Shown here piece after piece: positions 15,647-29,150 of a stretch of DNA of 64,000 nt. Position 1 is the stretch's first letter. Each line of letters begins with the position of its first letter. The notes under the pieces were generated by a model. It searched no databases. It worked only from the letters and a program-made list of their open reading frames with translations, and was not told the origin of the DNA. The position numbers and the translations under genes are program-made. The stretch spans positions 66,898,001 to 66,962,000 of the forward strand of contig NC_043005.1 of the NCBI RefSeq assembly GCF_006345805.1, written 5' to 3'. The stretch comes from Octopus sinensis (taxonomy: Eukaryota).

Positions 15647-15891
15647 CACATATATATATATATAAATATATAGAAATTGCTCCATCCTCTATTCAGTTGC
15701 ACAGCAACTCTCCATGGTTTGAAGTATTGGTGACAAACGAAAGTTATAACTTCCACTGGATTGATCGGATCACTTTGTGAGATATGATCCCTTTGAACTG
15801 CCATAAGTCTCTTCATTCCATTCTAAGTTCGGAACAACTTTGGTTCAACTTCGGACTATCCTTTTATTATATACATACTTACATACGTACG

Positions 15892-15975
15892 TACATACAT
15901 ACATACATACATACATACATACATACATACATACATACATACATACATACATACATACATACATACATACATACA
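15892..15975. repeat. (TACA)n microsatellite; a (CA)n(TA)n tract lies nearby at about 15594-15670
   Basis: Directly visible. Confidence 0.95.
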
Positions 15976-17134
15976 TTTCTTCGATTAGTTTGAAGTACTT
16001 CAGTTCGTATGTATCTAAAATGTAGAAAAATTATGATGGAATTATACGTACCATGCCCAAAATTTGGATATAGAGATGCTAATCAAAATTAAGTAACGGG
16101 ATGCTTTCTTACATATAAATAACCGACGATCTTCCGTATAATGCTAATACGTATTTTTTAGAGAGATTAAAAATTTTATGGGAGAAGGAATACGAATTGT
16201 TCAGCGTTTGCATTTTTCTACAAAACGTTTCATTTGCATAGTGTATAAAATATATTGTCATCAACTTTACATTTTTCGACAGTAAACTCAATTGAATATG
16301 ATTTTATTAAACCAGCCGTACATATCTTCCCATATATAGGGAACGATATAATGGGTTGAATCCATTTCACTACAATATAATTGTTATTGAAAATGTATAT
16401 TAATCTCAAATTTGGATACGTTAACCTAGTTATTTCAATTTACCTCACAGAGTAGTGGAACTAAATAAGGCAAATCATATAATTCCTGTCCCACAATTCT
16501 ACCACCTTAGTATTGTATACAGTAATTAGTTATAAAATCCAGGCAATTATAAATTCCAGAAAATGCTGGTTTTAGGCTAGATGCAATTTCATATGTCACT
16601 AAATAGAATTCTTGCAGAGGAGAATCAAAGCTTGAAGAATCATAACCATGTCATTAGTTTAAATGAAGAATGCGTATTCATTTTATTCACGGTCGTAAAA
16701 TCTTCGTATTAATCATACGTTCATTTTACCATCATTTCAAGAGCAGGAGAGCCACTCATTTAACGATTCTTTAATAGATTGATGAATGATCTGTGCGCAT
16801 TGCGTTATCGTTAATTGTTGAACATGAAGGAACGGGACTGAGCAGAATGTATAAAGACCGATAAAATATACGAATTTGTTAGCATTTACGTTCATAAAGC
16901 CTTACTTCACACATCCTATAATAGAAAGTTCCATCCACGACGATTCCATCAGCTTTGCAAATAGAATTTTCATTTATGCTGCCTTATATGTGCCCTCGTT
17001 ATACAAAGTAATTTTGCGTGTCATATTTAGATAGAATGTGATATAAGGACAATGTCATTGTCATTTCAACCTGGTAGACCAATCTGTAGATGTAGGTCCT
17101 TAAATAAATAAATAAATGAATGAATAAATAATAT

Positions 17135-17207
<73 letters not shown>

Positions 17208-17209
<2 letters not shown>

Positions 17210-17612
17210 AAATATTATGGAATACATCCAAACTTTCAGGGAAAAATCAGATTTAGGATTGGATCCAATTTTATAGTAAAATATTATATTATATTAAATT
17301 AGAGATAAAACCACTATTAGGCAAATCAAACAATGAAAAACTTAAGCCAATACATAAAGTTAATTAATTTAGCATTGCTAAACCTCGCTAAGATAAATAT
17401 TTCAATTACCTGAAGATTGACTGTAACCATAACTCGAATTATTACGAATTGGACAGCCATGAAACGATCGTAGTGTTTTACTCATTATCTTTTATTAAAC
17501 TTTTAATACTTTTGATATATATTTAAAATAATATAAATTAATTAATTTTATGTATTTGCTTAAGATTTCATTGTTTGATTTGTCTAATAGTGGTTTTATC
17601 TCTAATTTAATA

Positions 17613-17615
<3 letters not shown>
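17208..17615 (+). mobile_element. Short PLE-like unit with inverted 3' ends, embedded in (TA)n
   Basis: 17291-17370 is the reverse complement of about 17537-17615 (attaaattagagataaaaccactattaggcaaatcaaacaatg...). (TA)n flanks both sides; contains a hammerhead-like motif. The same 3' end recurs at 33390-33505. The PLE assignment is inference. Confidence 0.6.
17405..17478 (+). ncRNA. Type I hammerhead-ribozyme-like motif with canonical core
   Basis: aattac-CTGAAGA-ttgactgt...acagccat-GAA-ACGATCGT-A-gtgttt: canonical CUGANGA/GAAA core, helix II 6 of 8 pairs, palindromic helix III, GUA cleavage triplet, helix I with one mismatch. Confidence 0.65.
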
Positions 17616-17671
<56 letters not shown>

Positions 17672-17673
<2 letters not shown>

Positions 17674-18530
17674 AAGGAGATAAAACAAGGTAGAAAATAC
17701 GAAAATAATTTTATCGTGAAGAATATTTCAGTATCTGTTTCATGCTTTGCGACTTTTTCAAATTAAAGCAAAACATGGAAAACAATTAAATAGTGGAAAA
17801 ATTAGATGAAATGTCATTTTTAGGAATATTTCCATAGTTCTCAAATACTTAGGACATTTTCCATTTTCTGTCTCTCCCTCTCTTTCTTTTTTACTTTTGT
17901 GAATGTTGGGTAGGTAGAAGATAGAAGAAGAAGAAGAAGAAGAAGAAGGAGAAGGACGAATAAGAAGAGGAGAAGTAGGAGGAGGAGGAGGAGGAGAAGA
18001 AGAAGAAGAAGAAGAGGAAGAAAAAGAAGAAAAAGAAGAAAAGAGTGAGTAGAAAATTAAAAACAATAAGAAAAAACCGGAGTTGTATAACAGTAGGCCG
18101 TTGCTAGAGTCTTCTTAAAAGGTCAAGTGACCTAAAAGTGACCTGTTGTCGATATTGTAGCAGTGATTGAAATTGTGAAATTGTTCTGAATGAATTCCTG
18201 TTTACTGACTTACCTGAATATATCACTTTTAATATTTGCGTGGGTATTATTTTAAGGACCTTGTAGCAGTGTCATTTGTGGTTGAAGTATTCAAAAGTGG
18301 TCTATATTTTACGATAAAATATGACTCTTTCCTAATGCGCTAATTATATGTTGCATCGTCCCTGAATTTATAGAGGGGAAAAATTTTGAAGTTGAGTTTT
18401 TTGTTAGTGGCGCTAATGTCGATGTGTTGGCTAAATGATAATTTTCTGCATTTCCGAATTGATCAACTATTTATGAAATGATCCTCGTATGCTGTTACTA
18501 TATTTAGTCAAAAATACTGAATAAAACAGA
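17672..18530 (-). mobile_element. Penelope-like element 3' fragment: GIY-YIG endonuclease C-terminus plus 3' UTR with (CTT)n
   Basis: Minus-strand translation SFSQHIDISATNKKLNFKIFPLYKFRDDATYN*RIRKESYFIVKYRPLLN matches the PLE GIY-YIG C-terminal R..KE..FI....P.LN motif. 3' UTR is homologous to 30653-31239 and 39750-40775; 3' end abuts (TA)n. Confidence 0.75.
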
Positions 18531-19602
18531 AGCTTTTGCTAGTTCATAAAACTACTACATATACAAAAGTAGGGACTGAGTAGTAATTATCCGCTCCTTG
18601 CTTACCGGGTGACGACGTCGATAATAGATTATGAAAGCAACTCCCTCCATTATTAAATTCCAGCGCCGTCTCTGGACAGCAATCAGAATTTCATGCACTT
18701 GGAGCAGTGGTAATTTGTACCTTGCTTTACATATCATAAAGTTGAAATGTCCATCCGTCAGATATTCAAATATTAGATAATTACCACAAACATTATTTAC
18801 AAAACATCAGTGGAGTAGGGTGGAAGTACTAAATCCATTGCTTTGTTACTTCCAACAAACGTAACCTCTCTTACATTGAATCATTTTTTCATACGCAAAA
18901 GTTGATGCAATTGTCATATGGTGTCACAAGTAATTTTAGAAGCCCTTCTCTCGGATACGAAGATAAAATACAGTCGAATTTATTCATTTCTAATGCACTC
19001 AGAAACCATTTGATTTAAAAAACATCTCTTTCTGTAATTTTATACCGACGTAGAAGGACAGTACCCATGCACCTGATGCATCTTTGAGGCTAAGAAACGG
19101 AAAGGAAGGTAGGAACCAGAACTCGTCGGTCATTGATGAAGAATGCAACCCATTTATCTTTAAACCATGGATTTGCTTACAACTTATCAAACTTTTGGAT
19201 ACGTTTCTATCCGTTGAAACTTATCAGAACATTGTTAGAATAATATGCATATGGTGAAAAGATACACATAAAGAGGAGATCTGTTTCCAACAAATCGCAG
19301 TTACACGGATTTTATAAATGTTGGAGAGAATATGAAATAATAGTTGTCTGGTAATAATACTGACATGATAGATTTTTAAACTAAAATTCCTAAAATGGAT
19401 AGGGTATTTCGAAGAATTGCTTTGATACAATGGTAGAACACCTGTGATATCCATGGGAGTTCGAGTTCGAGTTCACAGTCAGACTTCGACTTCTATCCAA
19501 AAGCGCTTAAGATTTTTCAGCTCAAATTTCACATTGTATTATTTAATGCTTTTTGAGAGTCCCGAGATCCGCTATTCCAGAACACACACATATATATATG
19601 TA

Positions 19603-20480
19603 TACCGGGTGTGATAGGTAAATTGTTGCCATTTTATAGTTGTAATTTCGCGCATGGTCATTGTTTGTGTTTGATTTTGTCAACTACACAATAAAGTAGA
19701 GTCAGTTGTCTGTGAGCAATACAGTACCGCGACGCAATTCACTGTGCCAGAAATTTGGAAACGACATGCAGTGCCTCTTGTTATTCACGTCGGAAACTCC
19801 AATACGAACGTTTCAGAGTGTTTGGGTGTCAATCTGAGAGCAGTCCAATCTGAGGACATGTACCGAGAGTGATAAAAATCAAACATCCAGTCAACATCAT
19901 GGTATTTGAAGTTATTACTAGTGGTGGCAACGTAATACCGCTGTTCATTTTCCCACACCGATTCAGATCTAACACGGAGGCCTACATCAAGTGCTTGGAG
20001 GCATTAGTGCTTCCCTGGGTCAAGCGGATAGCTGGAATACCCTATGTCTGGCAACATAATTCTGTACCGTGCCACACAAGCAGGAGAACCCAGTAATGAC
20101 CCTCAGACAATTTCTGCGACCACATCAACCTTAAAGGCCACCTAACTCCCCAGATTGAAATCCCTTTGATTATTATATGTGGGGTGCGGTTGAACGAGAG
20201 ACACACAGAACTCCTTATGATACCAACGATGAACTGAAAGCAAGGATTATAACAGCATACAGCAATTTGAACAACTAGACCGTTCAGGTGGGTTACAGGA
20301 GATTCTGAAGTCATCTTGAGACACTGGTTGAAGCCAATAGAAATTTTATTGAATAAATTTATTCTTTGTATTTCAAGATATTTTTATGTTATTTTGGTAA
20401 ATGTGGCTGTTAAAATGAGATGCGAGTTTTATATTCATTTTCGAGTAATTTAGACGACAATTTATTCCCCGCACCCTGCA
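19603..20480 (+). mobile_element. Internally deleted Tc1/mariner-superfamily transposon (DD37D/maT-like)
   Basis: ORF 19869-20096 (KHPVNIMVFEVITSGGNVIPLFIFP...YVWQHNSVPCHTSRRTQ) and downstream DYYMWGAVERET; imperfect TIRs taccgggtgtgataggtaaattg / caatttattccccgcaccctgca. The D-D spacing cannot be counted because of decay. Confidence 0.8.
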
Positions 20481-20644
20481 TTCGCCCATTTGAACGTGGA
20501 TGTTCTATAAGGACAAACTACAATTGATAAACACCTTGAGAGACATTCTCGTATTGGCTTTTGTTGCAAATTGGCCACTTGATATGTATCGCAGTATAGT
20601 TCTGTTCTAACACAGAACATCGACGTCTAAATGAGCATAAATAT

Positions 20645-20752
20645 TACTTTGCCTTTCGGGGTCGATAAATTAAGTACGGTTTGCTTTCTTAGGTCGATCT
20701 TATCGACTGGCCTACCCCCCAAAAAATTTCGGGGCTTGTGCCTAGAGTAGAA
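20645..20752 (+). mobile_element. SINE family B fragment with alternative 3' end
   Basis: actttgcctttcggggtcgataaattaagtac...ggtcgatcttatcgactggcc...cttgtgcctagagtagaa. Confidence 0.65.
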
Positions 20753-21003
20753 TATTTATTAATTTGGATAATGTTCACATTTTGTATTTTAAAATCTAAA
20801 ACTACACGCGTATATGCCTAACGCCACGCACACATGCAAACATATACACACACACGCGCGCATACACACACACGCACATGTATAAATATATATGATTTTT
20901 TATTTTGATTTTTCCAGTTTCAGCTCATGAGCTGTGGCCATGCTGGGGCACCGCCATTGTATATATATATATATATACATACAGACATGTAAAGTCTGCT
21001 ATT

Positions 21004-21048
<45 letters not shown>

Positions 21049-21211
21049 AAAGGGCTTAGTAAAATAAATTACTTTGCCGCATACTTTTATATAATGTAAT
21101 AATTTGAATTCGCCTTAAATGGTCCCTTTGCATACTGAATACTTGGTGAAATTGATTAATTAATTAATTTTACCCTCAATTGTTGAAATTATATATATAT
21201 ATATATAATAT

Positions 21212-21257
<46 letters not shown>

Positions 21258-22446
21258 CAGACATGTAAAGTCTGCTATTATTTTTAAATAACAAGATGTT
21301 AGTGGCGAATAGCTATTTAATATAATATTATTAGACAGTAACCGATAGACAATTTTAGTACTATTTCTGAACAATCTATTATGGATTAATCAGCACTGTG
21401 TTTCCAAGCAGGGTAAGAGTTAATACAATACAGATTCGTCTAAACGAATGTATTTCCGAGATTAAAATAAACGTTGTCTTAAATAAACAATTCTGTACTT
21501 TGTATTATTTAATTCCCCCAGCTTAATTATATATTTCGAAAGATAATTTTTATAGTATGAATTGCTTAATATGTCGTTATTGTGAAGAGGTCATAGAAAT
21601 GTCTTCGAAAGTTCAAACAATTAATTATATATGTTTCGGTATATTGAAGAAAAATGAATACATAAAGGAATAAAAACATCTTCTTGTGAATATATTATTG
21701 GTGTGAGTCCTATTACTGATAGCTGAAAATTAGTAATATTATGTAGTTCTAAAGAGACCGTTCACGCACGAACACATACATTTCCATACACTTAGAGGCA
21801 TACAGACTTGCACACAAGGGTATACTACACATATCTGTGCATGCGTATGTGCATTTCTTTAAATATATACAGAGAAACATATATCAGAATGTCGTTGGTT
21901 AAACAGTGCGGATAAAATTTCAATATATTTTTCTTACATATGCACAAAAGTGGGAGATTTGAATAGAAATTTATTAAAAAAAAACATGAAATGTAGAAAT
22001 ATATTACCTGATTAAATATGCTTACTACCTATAGGCATAAGGGTAAAAATCTGTGGGTCATAGGGCTAGTCGATGACATCACTCCAGCACGAATCATAAA
22101 ATAATACATCTCTACTGAAAATAAGGTCAACCACGGGTGATTTTAATGCATACAATGATGCTACCATGCGGGTTGTCCGGTGTGCGAACAATAATATTAA
22201 TTAATAATAATTTCTTGCCGTGTAGACAAATTTGAAGGGCTGGTCCATCATCAGTGCCATAGTGTTAAAGCTGGTGCATGCAGAATATCCGCAGCTGTGG
22301 AGAAACACGTGATACTTCAAAAGTGGCAAATTTGAACTAAAGACACGTAACTAAATATTAACCCTTAAATTGCCATAAATATATATATTGATTATTCATG
22401 CATGGCTTCGTTCCTTGGCACTGACATTACCCTAAGAAAATACATA

Positions 22447-22617
22447 GGCGTAGGAGTGGCTGTGTGGTAAGTAGCTTGCTTACGAACCACATGGTTCCGG
22501 GTTCAGTCCTACTGCGTGGCACCTTCGCCAAGTGTCTTCTGCTATAGCCTCGGGCTGACCAAAGCCTTGTGAGTGGATTTGGCAGACGGAAACTGAAAGA
22601 AGCCCGTCGTATATATG

Positions 22618-22673
<56 letters not shown>

Positions 22674-22899
22674 TGTGTGTGTGTGTTTGTGTGTCTTTGT
22701 CCCCCCAACATCGCTTGACAACCTAATGCTGGTGCGTTAAGTCCCTGTAACTTAGCGGTTCGGCAAAAGAGACCGATAGAATAAGTATTAGGCTTACAAA
22801 GAATAAGTCCTGGGGTCGATTTGCTCGACTAAAGGCGGTGCTCCAGCATGGCCACAGTCAAATGACTGAAACAAGTAAAAGAGTAAAGCGTAAAGAGTA
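22447..22899 (+). mobile_element. tRNA-derived SINE family A, full length, with internal (TA)n(TG)n
   Basis: A-box tggctgtgtgg, B-box ggttcagtcc, body ggaaactgaaagaagcccgtcg, internal microsatellite, 3' half ending ggcc(a/g)cagtcaaatgactgaaacaagtaaaagag and an (aaagagt)-like tail; closely similar to 37520 and 47197. Confidence 0.92.
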
Positions 22900-25800
22900 T
22901 GTCGCAAAATCTACTTCAAAATAGCGTTTTTAAGGCGTGTGGTGAAGAAATATGCACAAAAAAATAGCTGTCATAACATTTATGATGATTTCAATCTTTG
23001 GCACAAGGCTAGTAATGTGTGAGGGAGGAGTATACATATGCACACAAGGAGTGTAACCACCACGTGTTCTGTAATACACTATGTTTGATAGTGTATTGCA
23101 AAATGTAGTTCTTGAATTTTTTAAACTAATAAATATCTGTTTTAAGCAATGTTTTGACTCTTACTTATAGCAACTCTTGTTGGTTTGCTCCTAGCTTTTA
23201 ATTATTTAACAGTAGGTAGCTTAACGTTTTGACATGCCCGTGTCCCACTTTTTCTCGCTACTCTTACAGATGATGGAAGAGGCAGCGAACGCACTGTTTT
23301 CTGATAGGCTACAAATTCGGAAAATTTGAACACGTGTAACATTTTCACAAATATATTCTGGAATTAATGAATAACAAATTCGGATTCAGTGTCAAAAATT
23401 ATATCTTATATGATCCATAAAAATGTATTTAATATTTCGACATGGTGTGAAGTTTCTGCTATTTTGTTTATTCTCGGTGTTTGGGAATAATAGTTTAAGT
23501 TTAGCTATTGTTTATACTGAAACATTTAACAACAGAATAACATAATAGTGGCAAATTCCTAATCTTAATTATTGTCCCATTAAAATACCTACTAATTTTC
23601 CTGGAGTTATATATTAGTTAAATTTTAAATCTTTGTTATATTATAATCGCAACGTACATAACATATATTACAATCTAGTAATCATATCAGAAAACACCTG
23701 TCTTTGAGTTTTATTGATTCCTAAGGAATGACTTTTTTTATATATATTTATCCAGTAAAGCTGGTCATAAAAAAACAAAAAAACTTCTGTGCTCTACGCT
23801 AATACATCTTTAATGATCTGAAAATAAATCCGTTATTCTTCCAAACTTTCATTGATATTCTTTACCTGAAGTTACTTTCGATGTTGAGCTATAATGTAAC
23901 TATCAAAGCAAAACTGCTTGCAATATATCATAAACTGAAATAATATATTCAACGTCATATGTGCTGAATAAAATAAGTACTTTTGCTATATTCCAAATAA
24001 ATTTACTTTTTATATACTTAGTATCATAAGAGTATTTATTAAGGTAATATAAACTATGGAAGCGAATTAGTATGCATACCTTATTTCACACTAAATCCAC
24101 GTTATCTCATTTTTGTTACATTTAATCCAACAAGCTGTTATGCTTTCCAATCATCTTTCAACCAATTCATTATCTCTGTAATCTCATGTAGAGTGTATTT
24201 ACAGTGTTATTGCACCATAAATAAATGATTTTGAATCTAAATGCACGGTATTATTATGCAACATGAAATACAATGTACTGAAATTCAATATACTATTCCG
24301 GTCAAGTGAAATCACGCTACCAAATGTAAGCACATGGTCGTATGAAAATAAAAAATATGTAACTGTTTGCATCGTTCTTGTATTCACGTGTTAAAGGCAT
24401 TGAAATTGTGTCTATTGCAATTATTACTCCTTATTTTATCTCGTATACAAAGTTATACAATGCATGTTTATTAACTGCTAAATTTTGTTTTGTTTCTAGC
24501 AGAGCAATTGTTGTAAAACTAATTGCTAGCTTACACTGAGTCAAAAAAGCAATGAAGATTTTAAATTTGTTTTCTCCTATTGCATTTCGTGATGCAAAAA
24601 CGACAGATACGCCCAGAATCAATATAGTATGAATTTTTTCGAGTCAAAATGAAACCTATATTAGTTTCGATTAAAGTCAAATACAATGCTGCCTGAATAT
24701 ATTAAAACATTCTAAATACCTTCATTATAATACTATTAATGCCATTTAGACATATATTAAAATAGAAACTCCCCTCTCCGTCTTTTCCATGATATCGTTT
24801 CTATTTTCACAGTAATTTTTCACATCTTTTACGAGATAAATATTTGAAAACGATTATATATTTCCATCTCCTCCAAATTTTCCATCCGTTCAAATTTGTT
24901 TTTAACAGCTGGAGTCATTGCTTGGCAGTTAAATTCCAAGTTATGTAATTTTAAACTCATATTGTTTAAATTCAACTATGAATCTGAAAATGATTGTATC
25001 ATTTATACTTTCCGGATTACTTTTTCAAAATCATCCGGACAAACATTCCTTTGTCAGATGTTGTGTACCTCAATCCGAGTACATTTTTGGGGAGTTTATT
25101 TTGAATCAAATATTCTTTCCCAATCCTTCTAATCAAAATTAAAGAGTAGGTGGAATGCAGATGGCATGAACTTGAGTGAGTACATGTGAGTTGTAACGTC
25201 CGTTAACGGAAGATGGAAGTGACAAATATTTAATTAGAACTTTATTAATAAAGTGTCTTATTAATAACATGACAGTACGTTCAAGGTATGATGGAAAATA
25301 ATTTGGAATATTATTTTCGATGACATACTGAAGACAGAATATTTGAAATTAAAAAAGATACGTTGAATTATATATAAATATTGCATTTCACACGTACAGA
25401 AATGAACAGCATGGATTAGATACACATAGCATGCATGCAAACAGACACATGCAAGCAAGCACAAACAAACTAACTGTATGTATATGCAAATATTCCCGAA
25501 AGATAACACTGTTCATATCTGTCACTTACAAGATTTTCTTACTATTTCTGTTTCTGAACTCAGACGAATTTATCAAAAATGTTCTCGAAACCAATATTTG
25601 CCTGTTATTGTTTATAGCTATATAAATGACTCCAGATCCAATTCAAAGAAAGAATTATTTGTTTCAATTATTTATATCTTCTATTATATTTTGTCTTCCT
25701 CCAGCTTTTAATTTTACCGCAACTGTTACTTTTCTTCTCCGATTTCTTAAACAGGAACTTGTCTATCCAATTTACATTAGGTTTTCATTTCTTGTGATAT

Positions 25801-27226
25801 TCTTCCGAACAGCTTTTTCAATTCAAATAGTATTAATTATTTTGTCATTGAGAAATATTTATCACCTTATTTTACACGGTTAAAGCCTTACCATCTCTAT
25901 ATATAAACAGGTTCCTCAGTTTTTCATTAAATGAGAAATAGCCTCCAAAAGGTCTCTTCATTTGACAAAGAGCTATTCCATTATATTTCGATATATTATA
26001 CAAATTTATCTCTCTAGTTCTATCTCTGCTGTTCTTTCTTAGAGACGATAGCTATGTTATTGTATAATGGTACAATGTTACTACTTTTAAATCTTATTTC
26101 TATTGTAGACCTCTATCTTCGTCCATTCAGTCTAGTCTTTTCTTCGTGCAATCTTATTCTCTTACTTTCTTCATTCCAAACAAATATCTTCTTATCTACT
26201 GGCCTGACTGGATGCCTCCCACATTCACGCTGCGGAGTATTGCCTGTACATGGATATATACATACACGTAGATATCCATCCAGATCTGTGAGTATTCTAA
26301 TCCACATCCTTTTATACTTCACTCTTTCTCACTCTTCATCATCTTTCTCAACACACAATACTTTCTCCTACTTCGCAATTGCTTGACACCTAAAGGGTAA
26401 ACTAGGAAATAGAAAAGAACAAGTGATTTCGTACTATGCAATATTGATACGTCATATATTCTAATTGTTTTCGAAAGTTTAATGACCGAATGAAATTTTA
26501 TACTGATAAGCATTTGTTTCTGGAACATATAGAAAGCTAGCAGGAAAGGAAATTTCGCATTTAGTGTTATTACAATATGTGGAATTAGCATATATTTTAC
26601 AATGGTGACTAACGAAGGAGAATGCATTCATGCGAAAATATATTTGCTATCTGACTTTCTTAACCAGAAGCTGCATTATTCTCAATAGGAGTTGAAATGA
26701 AACTGTGGACATGTGCTAGTGGTTGACATATTTACTTTATGACAATCTCCCATTAAATATATTGCAACAGTGATAGTGATGAGATGATGTTACTTTCAAG
26801 AATCATCGAGTGAATGGATACAGCTGCAGTTGAATAGAGAAAAGTACCATGATGTGACTACAGCAAATCTCTTTATGCATATTACTACGTTGCTTTATGA
26901 CACACAGCTCGAAGGAAATGCCGTTGTAGTCATATATGTTAGAAATTTAGTTACAATGTTATAACTGGAAATTATCATTTCAATACCTAAGTGATTAATT
27001 ACAGTCACCATAAATTACTTCTGTTTATTTCCAGTATAAATGTTTTCATTCAGTTACTTTGATATAGGTCATTTGGAATATATAGTCGATATTCCTACAA
27101 GCTCGCTAAGAAAACAGAGATTGTATCATGCACTAAACAGGATACGCGTAGCATGCATAAATGTGCTTGTCACCTGCGTAAATGTTATCCGCAAACGTAA
27201 CGTGTATCCGAAAATGTACTGATATC

Positions 27227-27282
<56 letters not shown>

Positions 27283-27317
27283 AAGAGAGAATGAGAAAGA
27301 TATATATATATATATAT

Positions 27318-27396
<79 letters not shown>
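27227..27396. repeat. Compound (GA)n-(TA)n-(GATA)n microsatellite
   Basis: Directly visible. Confidence 0.95.
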
Positions 27397-27614
27397 TACA
27401 TATATATAATTAAGACAGAAATATATACGTCAATAAAGTAACTGACGGTAGAAGTCAGCACCAGCATTGCTAGAAATAAAAGTTGAAACAACTCATAGCC
27501 ACGTGAAGCACATATCTGAATGACTGACAAAGGAGGCAAGCTCCCTCAACGTCCAAGCGCTATCCCCGGTTCTACCTTGATGATTATATTATTAAAATAA
27601 CTGACTCTATCGGG

Positions 27615-28347
27615 TTCAGCTCACTTCATCTCTTTACAGCAGTGCTTAGTATGAAAGTGTATGGCATGTGACAGAGAATCTGCATCAAATTATGACAAGC
27701 TTGGAGATACCTGCTCAGACCCCTACGCAAAGTTTTCAAAACTTTTCATCGTTCTCAGCAAAATCAAGGAGATCTTGTGCAACTGAAATCCGAGTGTCTT
27801 TTTGATCAGCTGAAATCAGTTTTGGCACGAACTTGGTAGACACACGTCTCATACCCAAATCGTCAGTAATAATGGACTGAACTGAAGCGTAACTAACTTT
27901 CGTAGCTTCCGATAATTGACGGATCGTGATTCGGCGATTTCCCCCCCTCACAGCTGCACACACATCTGAGATGCTTTTTTGAGTTCTGCTAGTTGCGAGT
28001 CTCCCAGAACATTTGTCACTATCGACATTTTTTCAGCCATCTTGGAAGCATATGAACCACTCGTCTAATTATGTGCGGCCTATACATACAATCCTCTTCA
28101 TACATTTTCTGCAACTTTGCGCAGGCCTCTGAGCTGTTCTCGCCATGAAAACCTCTGTCATGGTCAATGCGACGATCAGACACCGTCATTCCAAGCACTG
28201 TTGCAAACAGAGGAAGTGAGCTAGAAGGTTAAAACAATGTGCATAGGCAATAGAGTTCAAGGTTTATCTTTACCAGGCAACTTCACTCTGCTTGATTTAG
28301 CTTCGTTACTACGGCAACAGTCCGTATACTTATTGATCAGACCTCGT
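27615..28347 (-). mobile_element. Fold-back mariner derivative, copy 1 (left TIR eroded)
   Basis: Minus-strand N-terminal transposase (ORF 27736-27963 ...DLGMRRVSTKFVPKLISADQKDTRISVAQDLLDFAENDEKF) with TIR ttattgatcagacctcgt at the right end; joined at about 27732 to a plus-strand duplicate of the element's 5' end. Confidence 0.85.
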
Positions 28348-28575
28348 CCGTACATACATCCCGGAAAATTGAAGGAATTTAGAGATAGCAGTCGAGCAGT
28401 GAGGAGTTAAGTATTGGGGTTTAAAGGTGTGTGAGAAAGGAACGAAAATGGGAAGGAACGTGTCAGGAAACGTTGCAAAGAAACGAGATGAGTGAAAGTG
28501 TACACATGATTGCATGTATGTGCGTCATGGGTGCATGCGTATATGTGCTTCCTACATATGCTATATATGTGTATG

Positions 28576-28895
28576 TGAAGGCATATGGCTTAGTCGTTAG
28601 CGCATTCGGCTCACAATGCCGAAGCCTTGAGTTCGATTCCCGGCGATAAGTTATGTCTTTGAGAAAGACACTTTATTTCACGTTGCTCCAGTCCACTCAG
28701 CTGACAAAAATGTCTAGTATATGTATTTCAAAGAGTCAGTCTAGTCACACTCTGTATCACGCTCAATCTCCCTGAGAACTATGTTAAGTGTACAGATGTC
28801 CGTGGAGGGCTCAACTACACGTACGCTTATTTCACCAGTAAGCTGCTCCTTTGATCGGATCAACTGAAACCCTCGTCGTCGTTTCCGAAAGAGGG
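28576..28895 (+). mobile_element. tRNA-derived SINE, family C head with body type 2
   Basis: tggcttagtcg A-box, gagttcgattcc B-box and acactttatttcacgttgctccagtccactcagctgacaaaaatg, as at 1948, but with a different 3' body. Confidence 0.8.
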
Positions 28896-28916
28896 CTATA
28901 TGTATGTATATGGATG

Positions 28917-28923
28917 TATATAT

Positions 28924-28955
<32 letters not shown>

Positions 28956-29053
28956 ATATATATAATATATATATATATATATGTACATATATATATGTAT
29001 ATTATATATGTACATATATATATGTATATATATATATATGTATATAATATATG

Positions 29054-29134
<81 letters not shown>

Positions 29135-29150
29135 TTATATATATATATAT
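28917..29150. repeat. Long interrupted (TA)n tract
   Basis: Directly visible. Confidence 0.95.

Noticed and set aside
15100-17000. Possible very old mariner relics (about 15100-15480 + and 16600-17000 -); similar hints at 9700-10450
   Set aside because: Motif resemblance is too weak to support without a profile search.
18606-18671. Minus-strand 66-nt exon-like segment (ctgtccag|...|gtaagc)
   Set aside because: Open in two frames but matches no protein I recognise, and it is isolated.
22447-22520. tRNA-like sequences at SINE 5' ends (also 1950, 28576, 35772, 37520, 47197)
   Set aside because: They have A/B boxes but no complete cloverleaf, and run directly into SINE bodies.
23072-23098. 10-12 bp hairpin aatacactat-gtttg-atagtgtatt
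   Set aside because: An AT-rich stem of this size is plausible by chance in 64 kb.
28917-29150. Recurrent single-base interruptions (tt/aa) in long TA tracts, considered as higher-order structure
   Set aside because: No stable period; consistent with slippage or consensus errors in sequencing and assembly.
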